A DNA stretch of 64,000 nucleotides from Pirellulales bacterium (GCA_040901675.1 JBBDYJ010000032.1:1-64000), one strand, 5' to 3'; shown: positions 47,929 to 58,504, counted from the first letter of the stretch. Notes: a model not told the origin generated them from the sequence alone. A program made the numbers and translations.

Positions 47929-48555
47929 TTAGCCGTGCGGCTCGACACGACGTCCGTCGGCCAGTTCAGTGACCGCATTGACCTGCTGGCAACTGAGCCA
48001 GATCCAGCGGGTCGTAGCAGCGCCGGCAATCGCTATGAGAAACGCGAACAACGAATGGCCGACCCGCATAATATCGCCGTGTGAGCGCCTCGTGGTCACC
48101 CGGACGCCCATCGCCGGGTTTGTCGTCATCACGACTTGCCCGTTGCTGATCACGACGTCACCACCCGCATTGCGAAGCATTCTCGCCACTTCGCTGTAGG
48201 ATGTCGAAGCCGACACGGGAACAAACGTCGACTTTTTTGACGCGGAATGAACATAGCTGAGAAGCCGAGTCGTCACCAGGTGCCCGGAGACGTGCGACTC
48301 GAACCAGGGGCCATACACGGCCGTCAGGTAACCCAGCCCGCTCAGGACAAGCCCCGCGCAAAACACGCGCCGCTCGGCACGGCCAAAGACCGCGCCCAGG
48401 AAGCCGGCAAATAGCACGACCAGCAGCAGCGTGAAGAGCGAACTGGCCCAGATCGGGTTGGCAAATTTCAGCGCAGTGATCGCGATGGCCACCCCAAGTA
48501 CCGCAATGAACAGCGTTTTGAGTGAGAACCGCGGCAGCGGGATCGGACTTTTCAT
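47929..48555 (-). CDS. Four-TM membrane protein, paralog 2
   Basis: RFSLKTLF, TTRLLSY, VGHSLFAFL. Confidence 0.85.
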   Translation of the reverse strand: MKSPIPLPRFSLKTLFIAVLGVAIAITALKFANPIWASSLFTLLLVVLFAGFLGAVFGRAERRVFCAGLVLSGLGYLTAVYGPWFESHVSGHLVTTRLLSYVHSASKKSTFVPVSASTSYSEVARMLRNAGGDVVISNGQVVMTTNPAMGVRVTTRRSHGDIMRVGHSLFAFLIAIAGAATTRWIWLSCQQVNAVTELADGRRVEPHG

Positions 48556-48576
48556 GGCGGCCTGCTCGACTGACCT

Positions 48577-49278
48577 TCATGCGTTCGTTGCTGCTGCTCG
48601 AAGCGGCTGACTGTCACCGGGCTGGCGCCCCTTGAGCCATATCCAGCGGGCCAGTGCGCCGCCCATCAGCGCCAGAAGGAATCCGAACAGTGAGTGTCCG
48701 ACACGCAATACGTCCGCGCGGGAAGGCCCGATCTCCCTGATGAGGGTTCGCGGCGCCCTCCTCATGCCTCCCCCAGCCATGCCGCCCATGCCGCTACGCT
48801 GCATACCGGCCATGCCACCGCCGGCCATGCCAGCACCGCCCATGCGACCCATGCCGCCCCCCATGCCACCCATGCCAGCGCCGGCCATCCCGCCACCGGC
48901 CATCATGCCACCCATACCCGGTGCAGGTGTCGCGGGCACGGTTACCATTACCGTTTCCCGGAACTGCTCGTGCAGATAGCCGAGCAGGTGCGTGGTGGCC
49001 AGGTGCCTGGAGACGTGCGACTCGAACCAGGGCCCATATACGGCCATGAGGTAACCCAGCCCGCTCAGCACGAGCCCCGCGCAAAACACGCGCCGCTCGG
49101 CACGGCCAAAGACCGCGCCCAGGAAGCCGGCAAATAGCACGACCAGCAGCAGCGTGAAGAGCGAACTGGCCCAGATCGGGTTGGCAAATTTCAGCGCAGT
49201 GATCGCGATGGCCACCCCAAGCACCGCAATGAACAGCGTCTTGAGCGAGAACCGCGGCAGCGGGATGGGACTTTTCAT
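48577..49278 (-). CDS. Four-TM membrane protein, paralog 1 (Met/Gly-rich loop)
   Basis: First 77 aa identical to paralog 2; GMGGM repeats; VGHSLFGFL. Confidence 0.85.
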   Translation of the reverse strand: MKSPIPLPRFSLKTLFIAVLGVAIAITALKFANPIWASSLFTLLLVVLFAGFLGAVFGRAERRVFCAGLVLSGLGYLMAVYGPWFESHVSRHLATTHLLGYLHEQFRETVMVTVPATPAPGMGGMMAGGGMAGAGMGGMGGGMGRMGGAGMAGGGMAGMQRSGMGGMAGGGMRRAPRTLIREIGPSRADVLRVGHSLFGFLLALMGGALARWIWLKGRQPGDSQPLRAAATNA

Positions 49279-49284
49279 GGCGCC

Positions 49285-50052
49285 TTACTCTTTCTGTTCT
49301 TGCTTCTCCTCGGCCTTGCGCCGGCGGTAGTCGGCCAGCACGCCGGCCGGGTCGTCGTTGAACAAGTCGCGGCAGCCGGTGCAGCAGACAAAATAGCCGC
49401 GGCCTTCGAACGAGACTTCGATGGTGCCCAGCCCGCCGGTCACCACGCACTCAGGTTGACCGGATCCCTTGGCAAACGAGCTGCCCTGCCGCGTGTAACC
49501 GACTTCGGCCAGCCGGCTGTACCGCTCGCCGCCGGCCGCCTTTTCATACAGAATCACCAGCCGGTCGCCACTAGCCACCAGCCGGATCGAGATCCGCGCT
49601 ACATCCGGCGGCGGCTCTGCCGAATCGTCCACGGCCAGCAAAATGAATGTTCCCTCGTCGTTCACCTGGCCTTGGAACTGATCGACGTTGGCCTGCTGCT
49701 CGTCTTCCGAGGGGCGCGTGGCGGCGAGCCGAAAACTGCCACGCTCTTTGCCCGGTGTAATCCGCCCGGCGGCGTAGTACTTGCCCCGGGGCGAATCGAA
49801 CTCGATGGCCGCCCGATCGTCGTTGAACCGCCAGGCCCACTCGGCCTGCTCGGTCCAGGCACCCTGGTTCGACCCGCGGCGGATCTGCCCGACTCCCTTC
49901 CAGTCGCCGACATACGCTTGCAGCGGTGCCAACGCGGCCTTGTCGTCGGCGAACTGCTCGCGGCCGTTCTCGTCGGGGGCACCGGCCGCGAGCGACACAA
50001 TTGCCAGTGCCGAGGCAGCAAGGCGAGTCCGCGAGCATGTGGTTCCGAGCAC
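49285..50052 (-). CDS. Exported protein with C-terminal YHS/TRASH-like motif (start uncertain)
   Basis: ECVVTGG...YFVCCTGC...F..DP. Confidence 0.75.
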   Translation of the reverse strand: MLGTTCSRTRLAASALAIVSLAAGAPDENGREQFADDKAALAPLQAYVGDWKGVGQIRRGSNQGAWTEQAEWAWRFNDDRAAIEFDSPRGKYYAAGRITPGKERGSFRLAATRPSEDEQQANVDQFQGQVNDEGTFILLAVDDSAEPPPDVARISIRLVASGDRLVILYEKAAGGERYSRLAEVGYTRQGSSFAKGSGQPECVVTGGLGTIEVSFEGRGYFVCCTGCRDLFNDDPAGVLADYRRRKAEEKQEQKE

Positions 50053-50102
50053 AGGCGGCCTCTTTGAATTGAAGGATGCGGCAAACGTTGATTCTACCGC
50101 CC

Positions 50103-50328
50103 GAGGACGAGGGACCGAAGGGGGGAAGGGGGGATCGGGAGAAGGGGGGACACCGACAAGGCGACAAGGCGACACGGCGACAAGGGACCAAAGACGACCT
50201 GGGTCGTCTGACTTCCGAAGGGGGAAATAGACGGACGAAGACTGGGGCACGCTAACGCTTTGCCACCAGCCACCCGGACCAAGGGTCCGCCTGTCCCCTG
50301 TTCCCCTATCCCCTGTCCCCTCGTCTTT
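50103..50328. repeat. Composite repeat: G-rich heptamers, octamers, family A core, C-rich heptamers
   Basis: GGGGGAA.., GACAAGGC x4, GACTGGGGCACGCT..CGCTTTGCCACCAGCCACCC, CCCCTGT units. Confidence 0.8.
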
Positions 50329-50438
50329 CACAACCGTTTTGAGTGGTTGATCTTAGGGAGGCGGAGTGGTACGATCAAACGAGGTTAAGGCCGGCGTTGG
50401 ACTTGGACAGCGCGGCAGATTCCTGGGAGGTGTCGCCC

Positions 50439-51815
50439 ATGCTACAGCTCATTGGCAGAGGTTCCGCTCATACGTGCGACGGCTTGACGCGCCGCGATTT
50501 CCTGCAGGCCGGCACGCTGGGGGCGATCGGCCTCTCGCTGGCCGACCTGCTGCGGGCCGAAGCGCAGGGCAACGTGGTCCCCGATCACGACGACCGCTCG
50601 GTGATCATGATCTTCAACCTGGGCGCTCCCAGCCAGTTGGACACCTGGGACCCCAAGCCCGAAGCGCCCAGCGAAATCCGCGGGCCGTTCAAACCGATCA
50701 AGACCAACGCGGACGGCATCGAAATCAGCGAGATCTTTCCCGGCATGGCGCGGCACGCGGATAAGTATTCGCTCGTCCGGTCGTGCTATCACACGGCGGC
50801 CGCCGTCCACGATACCGGCCACCAGATGCTGCAGACCGGCCGCTTGTTCACCGGCGGCATCAACACGCCGCACGCCGGCTGCGTGCTGAGCTACCTGCGC
50901 GGCCGCAAGACCGACCTGCCGCCCCACGTGGTGCTGCCCGAGCCGATGGGCCGCACCGGGGGCAACCTGCCGCACGGGCAGGACGCCGGCTTCTTGGGCA
51001 AGGCCTACGACCCGTTCGCGCTGATGGCCGACCCCTCGCAACCCAACTTCCAGGTTCCCGACCTGCTGCCGCCGGCCCAGATCGGCGAGGCCCGCCTCGA
51101 CCGCCGCCGCCGGCTGCGCGACATCGTCGACGACACGGTCAAGAACTTCGAGGCCAGCGACAACGCCCAGTTGCTCGACAGCAACTTCGAGGCGGCCTTC
51201 CGGCTGATGACCAGCGTCCAGGCCCGCGAGGCCTTCGACCTGTCGAAGGAGCCGACGGAGCTGCGCGAGAAATACGGCATGAACCGCTTCGGCCAGTGCT
51301 GCCTGCTGAGCCGGCGGCTGATCGAGGCGGGAGTCCGCTTCGTCACCGTGAACACGTTTCTGACGGTGTTCGACGAGATCACCTGGGACATCCACGGCTC
51401 GAAGCCGTTTACGTCGATCGAGGGGATGCGCGACATCGTGGCCCCCATGTACGACCAGGCATATTCCGCCTTGATGGACGACCTGACCGAGCGCGGCATG
51501 CTGGCCAACACGCTGGTCTGCAACCTGCAGGAGTTCGGCCGCACGCCGCGGGTCAACCCGGCCGGCGGCCGCGACCACTGGCCGCAGTGCTGGACCTCGT
51601 ACTTTGCCGGCGGCGGCGTGCAGGGGGGCCGCGTGGTGGGCCGCAGCGACGCCATCGGCGGCGTGCCGGCGGAGCGGCCGGTCGAGCCGGCGGAAGTGGT
51701 GGCCACGATCTTCCGCAGCCTGGGGCTGCCGCTGGAGACGCACCTGCCCGGACCGCAATCGCGGCCCTTCCCGTTGGTCGATTTCGGCAAGCACGAGATT
51801 AGCGAACTATTTTAG
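50439..51815 (+). CDS. DUF1501 domain protein
   Basis: TRRDFL, GAPSQLDTWDPKP, WDIH, EFGRTP, GRDHWP; GGGAGG RBS. Confidence 0.94.
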   Translation: MLQLIGRGSAHTCDGLTRRDFLQAGTLGAIGLSLADLLRAEAQGNVVPDHDDRSVIMIFNLGAPSQLDTWDPKPEAPSEIRGPFKPIKTNADGIEISEIFPGMARHADKYSLVRSCYHTAAAVHDTGHQMLQTGRLFTGGINTPHAGCVLSYLRGRKTDLPPHVVLPEPMGRTGGNLPHGQDAGFLGKAYDPFALMADPSQPNFQVPDLLPPAQIGEARLDRRRRLRDIVDDTVKNFEASDNAQLLDSNFEAAFRLMTSVQAREAFDLSKEPTELREKYGMNRFGQCCLLSRRLIEAGVRFVTVNTFLTVFDEITWDIHGSKPFTSIEGMRDIVAPMYDQAYSALMDDLTERGMLANTLVCNLQEFGRTPRVNPAGGRDHWPQCWTSYFAGGGVQGGRVVGRSDAIGGVPAERPVEPAEVVATIFRSLGLPLETHLPGPQSRPFPLVDFGKHEISELF

Positions 51816-51982
51816 CCGGGTTCCACGGAGCCGGCTTGTGACAACCGCCGCAACAAACCACGCCACCGGCGCCCTCGCGGCACGCGGGGTCGAGTGGATG
51901 GCAGCTTTCCCGCCTGTTTTCTCAACACGCCTTATTACCGTGGCCTGGCCGCACGCTCACCGGCCTGGCAGGAGTTGATACG

Positions 51983-54439
51983 ATGTCCGCCTATCGCGTT
52001 TCGGTCGGGTCCCGATTGATCGGTGCCTGGACGCTGGCTGTTTTGCTGGCCGCCCAGGCGCAGACGGCCTGGTGCCAGGAGAGCCTGGTCTTGTTGCCCT
52101 CCGAGATCACGCTGACCGGTCCCGAGGCGCGGCAGACGCTGCTGGTCGAGCAGTCGCGGCAGTCGCACTACGTGGGGCAGGTCACCGAGGGGCTCTCGTT
52201 CGAATCGAGCAATCCTGAGGTGGCCGTCGTCGAAGACGGGCAACTGCTGCCTCGCGGCAACGGCCAGGCAACTATTTCGGCCCGCTCGCCGAAGGGCGCG
52301 GCCACGGCCACCGTGCACGTGACCGGGATGGACCAGCCGTTCGAGTGGAGCTTCCGCAACCACGTCCAGAGCGTGCTCTCGAAATCGGGCTGCAACTCGG
52401 GCGCCTGCCACGGCGCCCAGGCCGGCAAGAACGGCTTCAAGCTCTCGCTGCGGGGCTACGACCCGGCGGGCGACTTCCAGGTGATCACGCGGCAGGCGCA
52501 GGGCCGCCGGATCGTGCCGAGCGACCCGGGCCGCAGCCTGGTGCTGACCAAGCCGAGCGGGGCGGTGCCGCACAAGGGCGGCCTGCGTTTCCGCACCAAT
52601 TCGTTGGAGTACCGCGTGCTGGCGGAGTGGATCGCTTCGGGCACGCCGCCGCCCGAGGATTCGGACCCGCGGATCGAACGGCTGGAGATCCTGCCGGCGG
52701 CCACGGTGCTCAAGCCGGAGATGACGCAGCAGCTCGTGGTGCTGGCCCACTTCAGCGACGGGCACACGGAGGACGTGACGCGCTGGGCCAAGTACACGGC
52801 CACCAACGAGTCGGTCGCCCAGGTCGACGAGACGGGGAACGTGCGGGTGATGGGCTTCGGCGAGGGCGCCATCACGGCCTGGTACCTGAGCCGCGTGGTG
52901 ATGGCGACGGTCAGCTCGCCGTACACGACCAGCGTGCCGGCGGAGGTATTTGCAAAGGCCGAGCGGCGCAACTTCATCGACGACCTGGTGCTGGACAAGC
53001 TGGCCAGCCTGAATATCCCGCCCTCGCCGCCGGCCAGGGACGACGAGTTTTTGCGGCGGGCCTACCTGGACACGATCGGCGTCCTGCCGACCGCCGACGA
53101 AGCGCGGGCCTTCCTGGCCGACACGTCGGCCGACAAGCGCGACCGCGTGATCGAGTGGCTGCTGTCTCGGCCGGAGTACGTGGATTACTGGGCGTACAAG
53201 TGGTCCGACCTGCTGCTGGTCAACGGCGAGCGGCTGCGGCCGCCGGCCATGTGGTCGTACTATTCCTGGATCCGCAACCACGTGGAGGCCAACACGCCCT
53301 GGGACGAGATGGTGCGGGAGCTGGTGACGGCCAAGGGGAGCACGCTGGAGAACGGGGCGGCCAACTTCTTCGTGCTGCACCAGGACCCGCCGGACATGAC
53401 GGAGACGACCACGGTGGCTTTCCTGGGCATGTCGATCAACTGCGCCCGCTGCCACAACCACCCGCTGGAGAAGTGGACCAACAACCAGTACTACGCGATG
53501 GCCAACCTGTACGCGCGGGTCCGGTTGAAGACCGTCCCCGGCGACGGCAACGTGGTCGTGTTCAGCGCTTCGGAAGGCGACCTGGTTCAGCCGCTGACCG
53601 GCAAGCCGCAGCCGCCCGCTCCCTTGGACGGCGAAGCGATCGCGCTGGAGGCCGCCGGCGACCGCCGGCAGCACCTGGCCGACTGGCTCACGTCGCCGGA
53701 AAACCCGTATTTCAGCCGGGCGATCACCAACCGGGTGTGGGCCAACTTCATGGGGGTGGGCCTGGTGGAAATGGTCGACGACATGCGGCTGACCAATCCG
53801 CCGAGCAACGAGGAGCTGCTCTCGGCCGCGGCCGGTTACCTGGTCGAGAACCACTTCGATTTGAAGGCCTTGATGCGGACCATCCTGCAGTCGAAGACCT
53901 ACCAGCGATCGAGCCTGCCGCTGGCGGAGAACGCCGCGGACCAGCGCTTTTATTCGCGGTACTATCCGCGGCGGATGATGGCCGAGGTGCTGCTGGACGC
54001 GCTGTCGCAGGTCTCTGGCGCAGCGACGAAGCTGGGCGATTACCCGTCCGGCTGGCGGGCCATGCAGTTGCCTGACTCGACCGTCGACTCGTACTTTTTG
54101 AAGACGTTCGGCCGGCCGGATCGGATCGTGACCTGCGAATGCGAACGCACGGCGGATCCGTCGATGGTGCAGGTGCTGCACCTCTCGAACGGCGACACGC
54201 TGAATGAGAAGCTGCAGGCTGCGGGCAACCGCCTGGAGACGTTGATTGCATCGGGCACGCCCGACGGCCAGATCGTCGACGAGGCGTACCTGAGCGCTCT
54301 GGCGCGCTTGCCGACCGACGACGAACGCAGCCGCCTGTTGGCCGTGCTGGCCGAGGCCCCCCAGGACAACAAACGGGTCCTGGTCGAGGACCTGTACTGG
54401 AGCATCCTCAGCAGCCGCGAGTTTTTGTTCAACCACTAG
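51983..54439 (+). CDS. DUF1549/DUF1553 protein with Ig-like (Big_2) domains
   Basis: GCNSGACHG, GFKLSLRG, CARCHNHP, TCECER, SREFLFNH. Confidence 0.93.
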   Translation: MSAYRVSVGSRLIGAWTLAVLLAAQAQTAWCQESLVLLPSEITLTGPEARQTLLVEQSRQSHYVGQVTEGLSFESSNPEVAVVEDGQLLPRGNGQATISARSPKGAATATVHVTGMDQPFEWSFRNHVQSVLSKSGCNSGACHGAQAGKNGFKLSLRGYDPAGDFQVITRQAQGRRIVPSDPGRSLVLTKPSGAVPHKGGLRFRTNSLEYRVLAEWIASGTPPPEDSDPRIERLEILPAATVLKPEMTQQLVVLAHFSDGHTEDVTRWAKYTATNESVAQVDETGNVRVMGFGEGAITAWYLSRVVMATVSSPYTTSVPAEVFAKAERRNFIDDLVLDKLASLNIPPSPPARDDEFLRRAYLDTIGVLPTADEARAFLADTSADKRDRVIEWLLSRPEYVDYWAYKWSDLLLVNGERLRPPAMWSYYSWIRNHVEANTPWDEMVRELVTAKGSTLENGAANFFVLHQDPPDMTETTTVAFLGMSINCARCHNHPLEKWTNNQYYAMANLYARVRLKTVPGDGNVVVFSASEGDLVQPLTGKPQPPAPLDGEAIALEAAGDRRQHLADWLTSPENPYFSRAITNRVWANFMGVGLVEMVDDMRLTNPPSNEELLSAAAGYLVENHFDLKALMRTILQSKTYQRSSLPLAENAADQRFYSRYYPRRMMAEVLLDALSQVSGAATKLGDYPSGWRAMQLPDSTVDSYFLKTFGRPDRIVTCECERTADPSMVQVLHLSNGDTLNEKLQAAGNRLETLIASGTPDGQIVDEAYLSALARLPTDDERSRLLAVLAEAPQDNKRVLVEDLYWSILSSREFLFNH

Positions 54440-54465
54440 ACGCAGCGGACACTACGCAGCGGACC

Positions 54466-57400
54466 ATGAAAACCCTTTACTCACCGCCAAGGTGCTCTGT
54501 GATGAAACGACTGTGTGCGCTGGCCATGGTGTGGCTGGCCGCGGCAACCGCGCTGGCCGAAGAGCCGGCCAAGGAACCGGCGCCGCCCGGCCAGGACTAC
54601 CAGGCGCCCGAATTCCAGCGCGACATCGCGCCGATCTTCGAGCTGTACTGCGTCGGTTGTCACGGCGCCGATGCTCCGGAGAGCGGCCTGGTGCTGGAAA
54701 GCTTTGAATTGCTGCTCGAAGGCGGCGAAGGAGGCGCGGCGATCGTGGCGGGCAAGAGCGACCAGAGCCGCTTGCTCTTGATGCTCACCGGCAAGGCCGA
54801 GCCAGCCATGCCTCCCGAAGGAAACGAAGCGCCCACCGCCGAAGAGATTGCGCTGATCAAGGCCTGGATCGAGGCGGGCGCCAAGGGACCCGATGGCGAA
54901 GGCCCTGATCCGACGCGGTTGGTGACGCCGACGGTGGAGCTGAAGGCCCCCGCCCGGCAGGTGATCAACGCCGCGGCGATCAGCCCTGACGGCAAGCACG
55001 CCGCCTTGGCCGGTTATGGCGAGGTGCGCCTCATGGCGCTCGACAGCCGCTCGACCGTGCGGACGTTTGCGCCGCACCGGGGCAACGTGACCGACGTCGT
55101 CTTTTCCAACGACGGCACGCGGCTGTTGACGGCGGCCGGCGAGCCGGGGTTGTTCGGCGAAGCGCGGCTGTGGAACGTGGCCGATGGGTCGCTGCTCTTG
55201 ACGCTGGTGGGCCACGGCGACAGCCTGTATGCGGCGGCGCTCAGCCCCGACGCCACGCTGATCGCCACGGCCGGTTACGACCAGAAGATCAAGCTCTGGG
55301 ACGTGGCCGGCGGCCAGGAGCAGCGGACGCTCGACGGCCACAACGGGGCCGTGTACGACCTGGCGTTCAGTCCCAACGGCAAGTTCCTGGCCAGCGCCAG
55401 CTCGGACCGCACGGTCAAGTTGTGGGACGTGGCCACGGGCGAGCGGCTCGACACGTTCGGGCAGCCGCTCAAGGAGCTGTACGCGGTCGCGTTCAGCCCC
55501 GACGGACAGCGGGTGGCGGCCGGGGGCGTCGACAACCGCATCCGGGTCTGGCAGATCGGCCCCTCGGGGCGCGAGGGTGAAAACAGCCTGTTGTACACGC
55601 GGTTTGCCCACGAGGGAGCGATCATCGAGCTGGCCTTCTCTCCTGACGGCGCGACGCTGGTCTCGTCGGCCGAGGACCGAACGGTCCGCGTCTGGGAGGC
55701 CGCGAGTGTCGAGGAGCGGCGCCTGCTGGAGTTGCAAAGCGACTGGCCGACCGCCCTGGCGATTGGACCCGACAACAAGACGCTGCTGGTGGGCAGGCTC
55801 GACGGCACGCTGGCGATCTACGACGCCACCAGCGGCCAGCCGATGCCGCCGGCCAGGCCCGAGCTGGCAGCGGCCGAGCCGCGCGGAATCCAGCGCGGGC
55901 AGGCGAGCAGCGTGAAGCTGAAGGGCAAGTTCCTGCTCGGCGCCAGCGAAGTCAAGTCGAACCACGCCGGCCTGGCGGCCGCGGTCAAGCCGGGGGAGCA
56001 GACGACGGCGGAAGAGCTTCTGGTCGAGGTGACGCCGGCCGCCGATCTGGCCCGCGGGCAATACAAGTTGAGCGTTACCACGCCGGGCGGCACGAGCGGC
56101 GAATTGACCTTGTACGTCGACGAGCTGCCACAGCTTAGCGAGGCCGGGCCCAACGACGGGCTGGATGAGGCGCCCTTGTTGACATTGCCCACCGGCTATT
56201 GGGGCCTGCTCGACAAGCCGGGCGATCTCGATCACGTGCGGTTCGAGGCCCGTGCCGGGCAGACGATCGTCTGCGAGCTGGCGGCCGGCAAGCTCGGCTC
56301 TTCGGCGAACGGCGTGCTGACGCTATTGGGTCCGACCGGCGCTGTGGTGGCCAAGAACAATGACTTCGACAGCCGGGACGATGCCCTGCTGGCCTACCAG
56401 GTTCCGGCCGACGGGCAGTACACGGTCCGCGTGAAGGACCTGGCGCACGGTGGCAGCGAAAAACATTTCTATCGCCTGTCGGTCGGCGAGCTGGCGTACG
56501 TCACCGGATGTTATCCTTTGAGCGTTCCGGCCAACCAGGAGACCGAGGTCGAGCTGGCGGGCTACAATCTGCCGCCCGGCGCCAAGGTGGTGTTGCCGGC
56601 GAGCGCGCCCGGCGAGCACCGAGTGCCGCTCGATGCCAACCGCTTCCGCTCCAGCCGCGAGTTGACCGTGCTGGCCAGCGAAGTGGCGGAGCAACTGGAA
56701 GGGGAACCCAACGACCTGCCCGCCGAGGCGACTTCGATCAGCATTTCGGGGAGCATCGGCGGCCGGCTCTGGGCCACCCGCGAAGGCCAGCAGGCCGACG
56801 CCGACTTGTTCCGCTTCGAGGCCCGGGCGGGCCAGAGCCTGGTGCTGGAGGTCGAGGCCCAGCGCCGCGGCTCGCCGGTCGACAGCAAGATCGAAGTGCT
56901 GGACGTCGAAGGTCGGCCGGTCGAGCGGCTGCTGCTGCAGGCCGTGCGCGACAGCTACATCGACTTCCGCGGGGTCGACTCCGACGGGGCCGGTCTGCGG
57001 CCCAAGAATTGGGAGGAGATGGAGCTCAACGAGTACATGTACCTGCAAGGCGAAGTGTGCAAGATCTTCCGCATGCCGCAGGGGCCCGATTCCGACACCC
57101 TGTTCTACACGCTGGGCGGCAAGCGGCGCTGCTATTTCGATACCAGCCCCACCGCACACGCCTTCGAGGAGACCCTGTACATCGTCGAGCCGCACCCGGC
57201 CGGCACGGCGCTGGTGCCGAACGGCTTGCCGGTGTTTCCGGTTTACTATGCCAACGACGACGACATGGAGCGGAAGCTGGGCCGCGACTCGCGTTTGACG
57301 TTCACGGCGCCGGCCGACGGCAGCTACCTGGTGCGGGTGAGCGACGTGCGGGGGTTTGGCGGCGACCGGTTTGCCTATCGCCTGATCGTCCGCGAGCCAC

Positions 57401-58083
57401 GGCCTGATTTCCAGGTGACGCTGGCCGACGTGAACGCCACGGTCCACGCGGCGAGCGGGCGCCGGCTGACATTCAGCGCCAACCGGATCGACGGCTTCGA
57501 CGGCGACATTGTGATCGACGCCGGCGAGCTGCCCCCCGGTTTCAGCCTTTCGACGCCGCTGGTGATCGAGGCCGGCCACGTGGAAGCGCGGGCCGTGCTG
57601 ACCGCGGAAGCGGACGCTTCGCAGCCCACGGCGGAGCAGTGGGCCCAGGTCAAGCTGACCGCGCGGGCCGATATCGGCGGCAGCCAGGTGGTCAAGGACG
57701 TGAACGGTCTGGGCAACGTCAAGCTGGCCGAGAAGCCGAACCTGCTGGTGCGGGTCGAGCCGGCCGAAGTCGTGATCGCGCCGGGCACCACGGTCACGGC
57801 CATGCTGAAGATCGAGCGCAACGGGTTCGACGACCTGCTCAATTTCGACGTCGATAATTTGCCGCATGGCGTGATCGTCGACAACATCGGCCTCAACGGC
57901 GTGCTGATTCCCGCGGGCCAGACCGAGCGGCAGATCTTCCTGACTGCCGCCAAATGGGTGCCCGACACCGACCGGAAGTTCCACGCCGTGGCGTCGAGCG
58001 CCGGCGCGCAGGCTTCACCGCCGGTGGTGCTGCACGTCCGTAAGCCGGACACGGTGGCCCAGGCCTCCGACGGCGGCCAGTGA
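54466..58083 (+). CDS. Planctomycete cytochrome c + WD40 repeats + PPC domains
   Basis: CVGCH...MPP..WIEAGA; GH...WD repeats; DLFRFEARAGQ units. Confidence 0.92.
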   Translation: MKTLYSPPRCSVMKRLCALAMVWLAAATALAEEPAKEPAPPGQDYQAPEFQRDIAPIFELYCVGCHGADAPESGLVLESFELLLEGGEGGAAIVAGKSDQSRLLLMLTGKAEPAMPPEGNEAPTAEEIALIKAWIEAGAKGPDGEGPDPTRLVTPTVELKAPARQVINAAAISPDGKHAALAGYGEVRLMALDSRSTVRTFAPHRGNVTDVVFSNDGTRLLTAAGEPGLFGEARLWNVADGSLLLTLVGHGDSLYAAALSPDATLIATAGYDQKIKLWDVAGGQEQRTLDGHNGAVYDLAFSPNGKFLASASSDRTVKLWDVATGERLDTFGQPLKELYAVAFSPDGQRVAAGGVDNRIRVWQIGPSGREGENSLLYTRFAHEGAIIELAFSPDGATLVSSAEDRTVRVWEAASVEERRLLELQSDWPTALAIGPDNKTLLVGRLDGTLAIYDATSGQPMPPARPELAAAEPRGIQRGQASSVKLKGKFLLGASEVKSNHAGLAAAVKPGEQTTAEELLVEVTPAADLARGQYKLSVTTPGGTSGELTLYVDELPQLSEAGPNDGLDEAPLLTLPTGYWGLLDKPGDLDHVRFEARAGQTIVCELAAGKLGSSANGVLTLLGPTGAVVAKNNDFDSRDDALLAYQVPADGQYTVRVKDLAHGGSEKHFYRLSVGELAYVTGCYPLSVPANQETEVELAGYNLPPGAKVVLPASAPGEHRVPLDANRFRSSRELTVLASEVAEQLEGEPNDLPAEATSISISGSIGGRLWATREGQQADADLFRFEARAGQSLVLEVEAQRRGSPVDSKIEVLDVEGRPVERLLLQAVRDSYIDFRGVDSDGAGLRPKNWEEMELNEYMYLQGEVCKIFRMPQGPDSDTLFYTLGGKRRCYFDTSPTAHAFEETLYIVEPHPAGTALVPNGLPVFPVYYANDDDMERKLGRDSRLTFTAPADGSYLVRVSDVRGFGGDRFAYRLIVREPRPDFQVTLADVNATVHAASGRRLTFSANRIDGFDGDIVIDAGELPPGFSLSTPLVIEAGHVEARAVLTAEADASQPTAEQWAQVKLTARADIGGSQVVKDVNGLGNVKLAEKPNLLVRVEPAEVVIAPGTTVTAMLKIERNGFDDLLNFDVDNLPHGVIVDNIGLNGVLIPAGQTERQIFLTAAKWVPDTDRKFHAVASSAGAQASPPVVLHVRKPDTVAQASDGGQ

Positions 58084-58096
58084 AAAGGCGCCGTCA

Positions 58097-58504
58097 ATGT
58101 ACCCGCGACTCTCGATGCGTGAGTTCTGCGACACGGCCGCCCAGGTGATGGCCGAGCTGCCGGAGCCGTTTCATGAATGGCTCGAAAACGTGGTGGTCGA
58201 GGTGGAGCCGACCGCGTCGCCGGCAGTGCGGAAGCGGCTGCGGCTGCGCGGCAGGCCGCCCATGGGGCTGTTCATAGGCCTGCCGGTCGACGACCAGCGG
58301 TACGGGGAGCGCGCGCCGAACCGGATCCTGCTGTTCAAGGACACGATCGAGTCGGTCTGCCGCTCGAAGGAAGAGGTCAAGTACGAGATTCGCCGCACGG
58401 TGCTCCACGAAGTGGCGCACCACTTCGGCTACTCGGAAGAAGACCTGGACGACTTCGAGGCGCGAGAAAGTCCTTTCGACCAGCCGCACGAGGAGACGCC
58501 TTGA
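58097..58504 (+). CDS. Minimal zincin metallopeptidase (Zincin_1 / DUF1025)
   Basis: GLFIG, PNRILLF, TVLHEVAHHFG. Confidence 0.92.
   Translation: MYPRLSMREFCDTAAQVMAELPEPFHEWLENVVVEVEPTASPAVRKRLRLRGRPPMGLFIGLPVDDQRYGERAPNRILLFKDTIESVCRSKEEVKYEIRRTVLHEVAHHFGYSEEDLDDFEARESPFDQPHEETP

Noticed and set aside
47929..49278. Diversity-generating retroelement TR/VR pair
   Set aside because: Differences are mostly synonymous and not adenine-specific, both copies are coding 5' ends, and there is no reverse transcriptase.
51935..54436. Long antisense ORFs (also 1463-3220, 39213-41078, 42906-45245 and others)
   Set aside because: Shadows of high-GC3 genes on the opposite strand; no motifs.
54440..54465. 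ACGCAGCGGAC direct repeat between genes
   Set aside because: Two copies only; most simply a slippage duplication.
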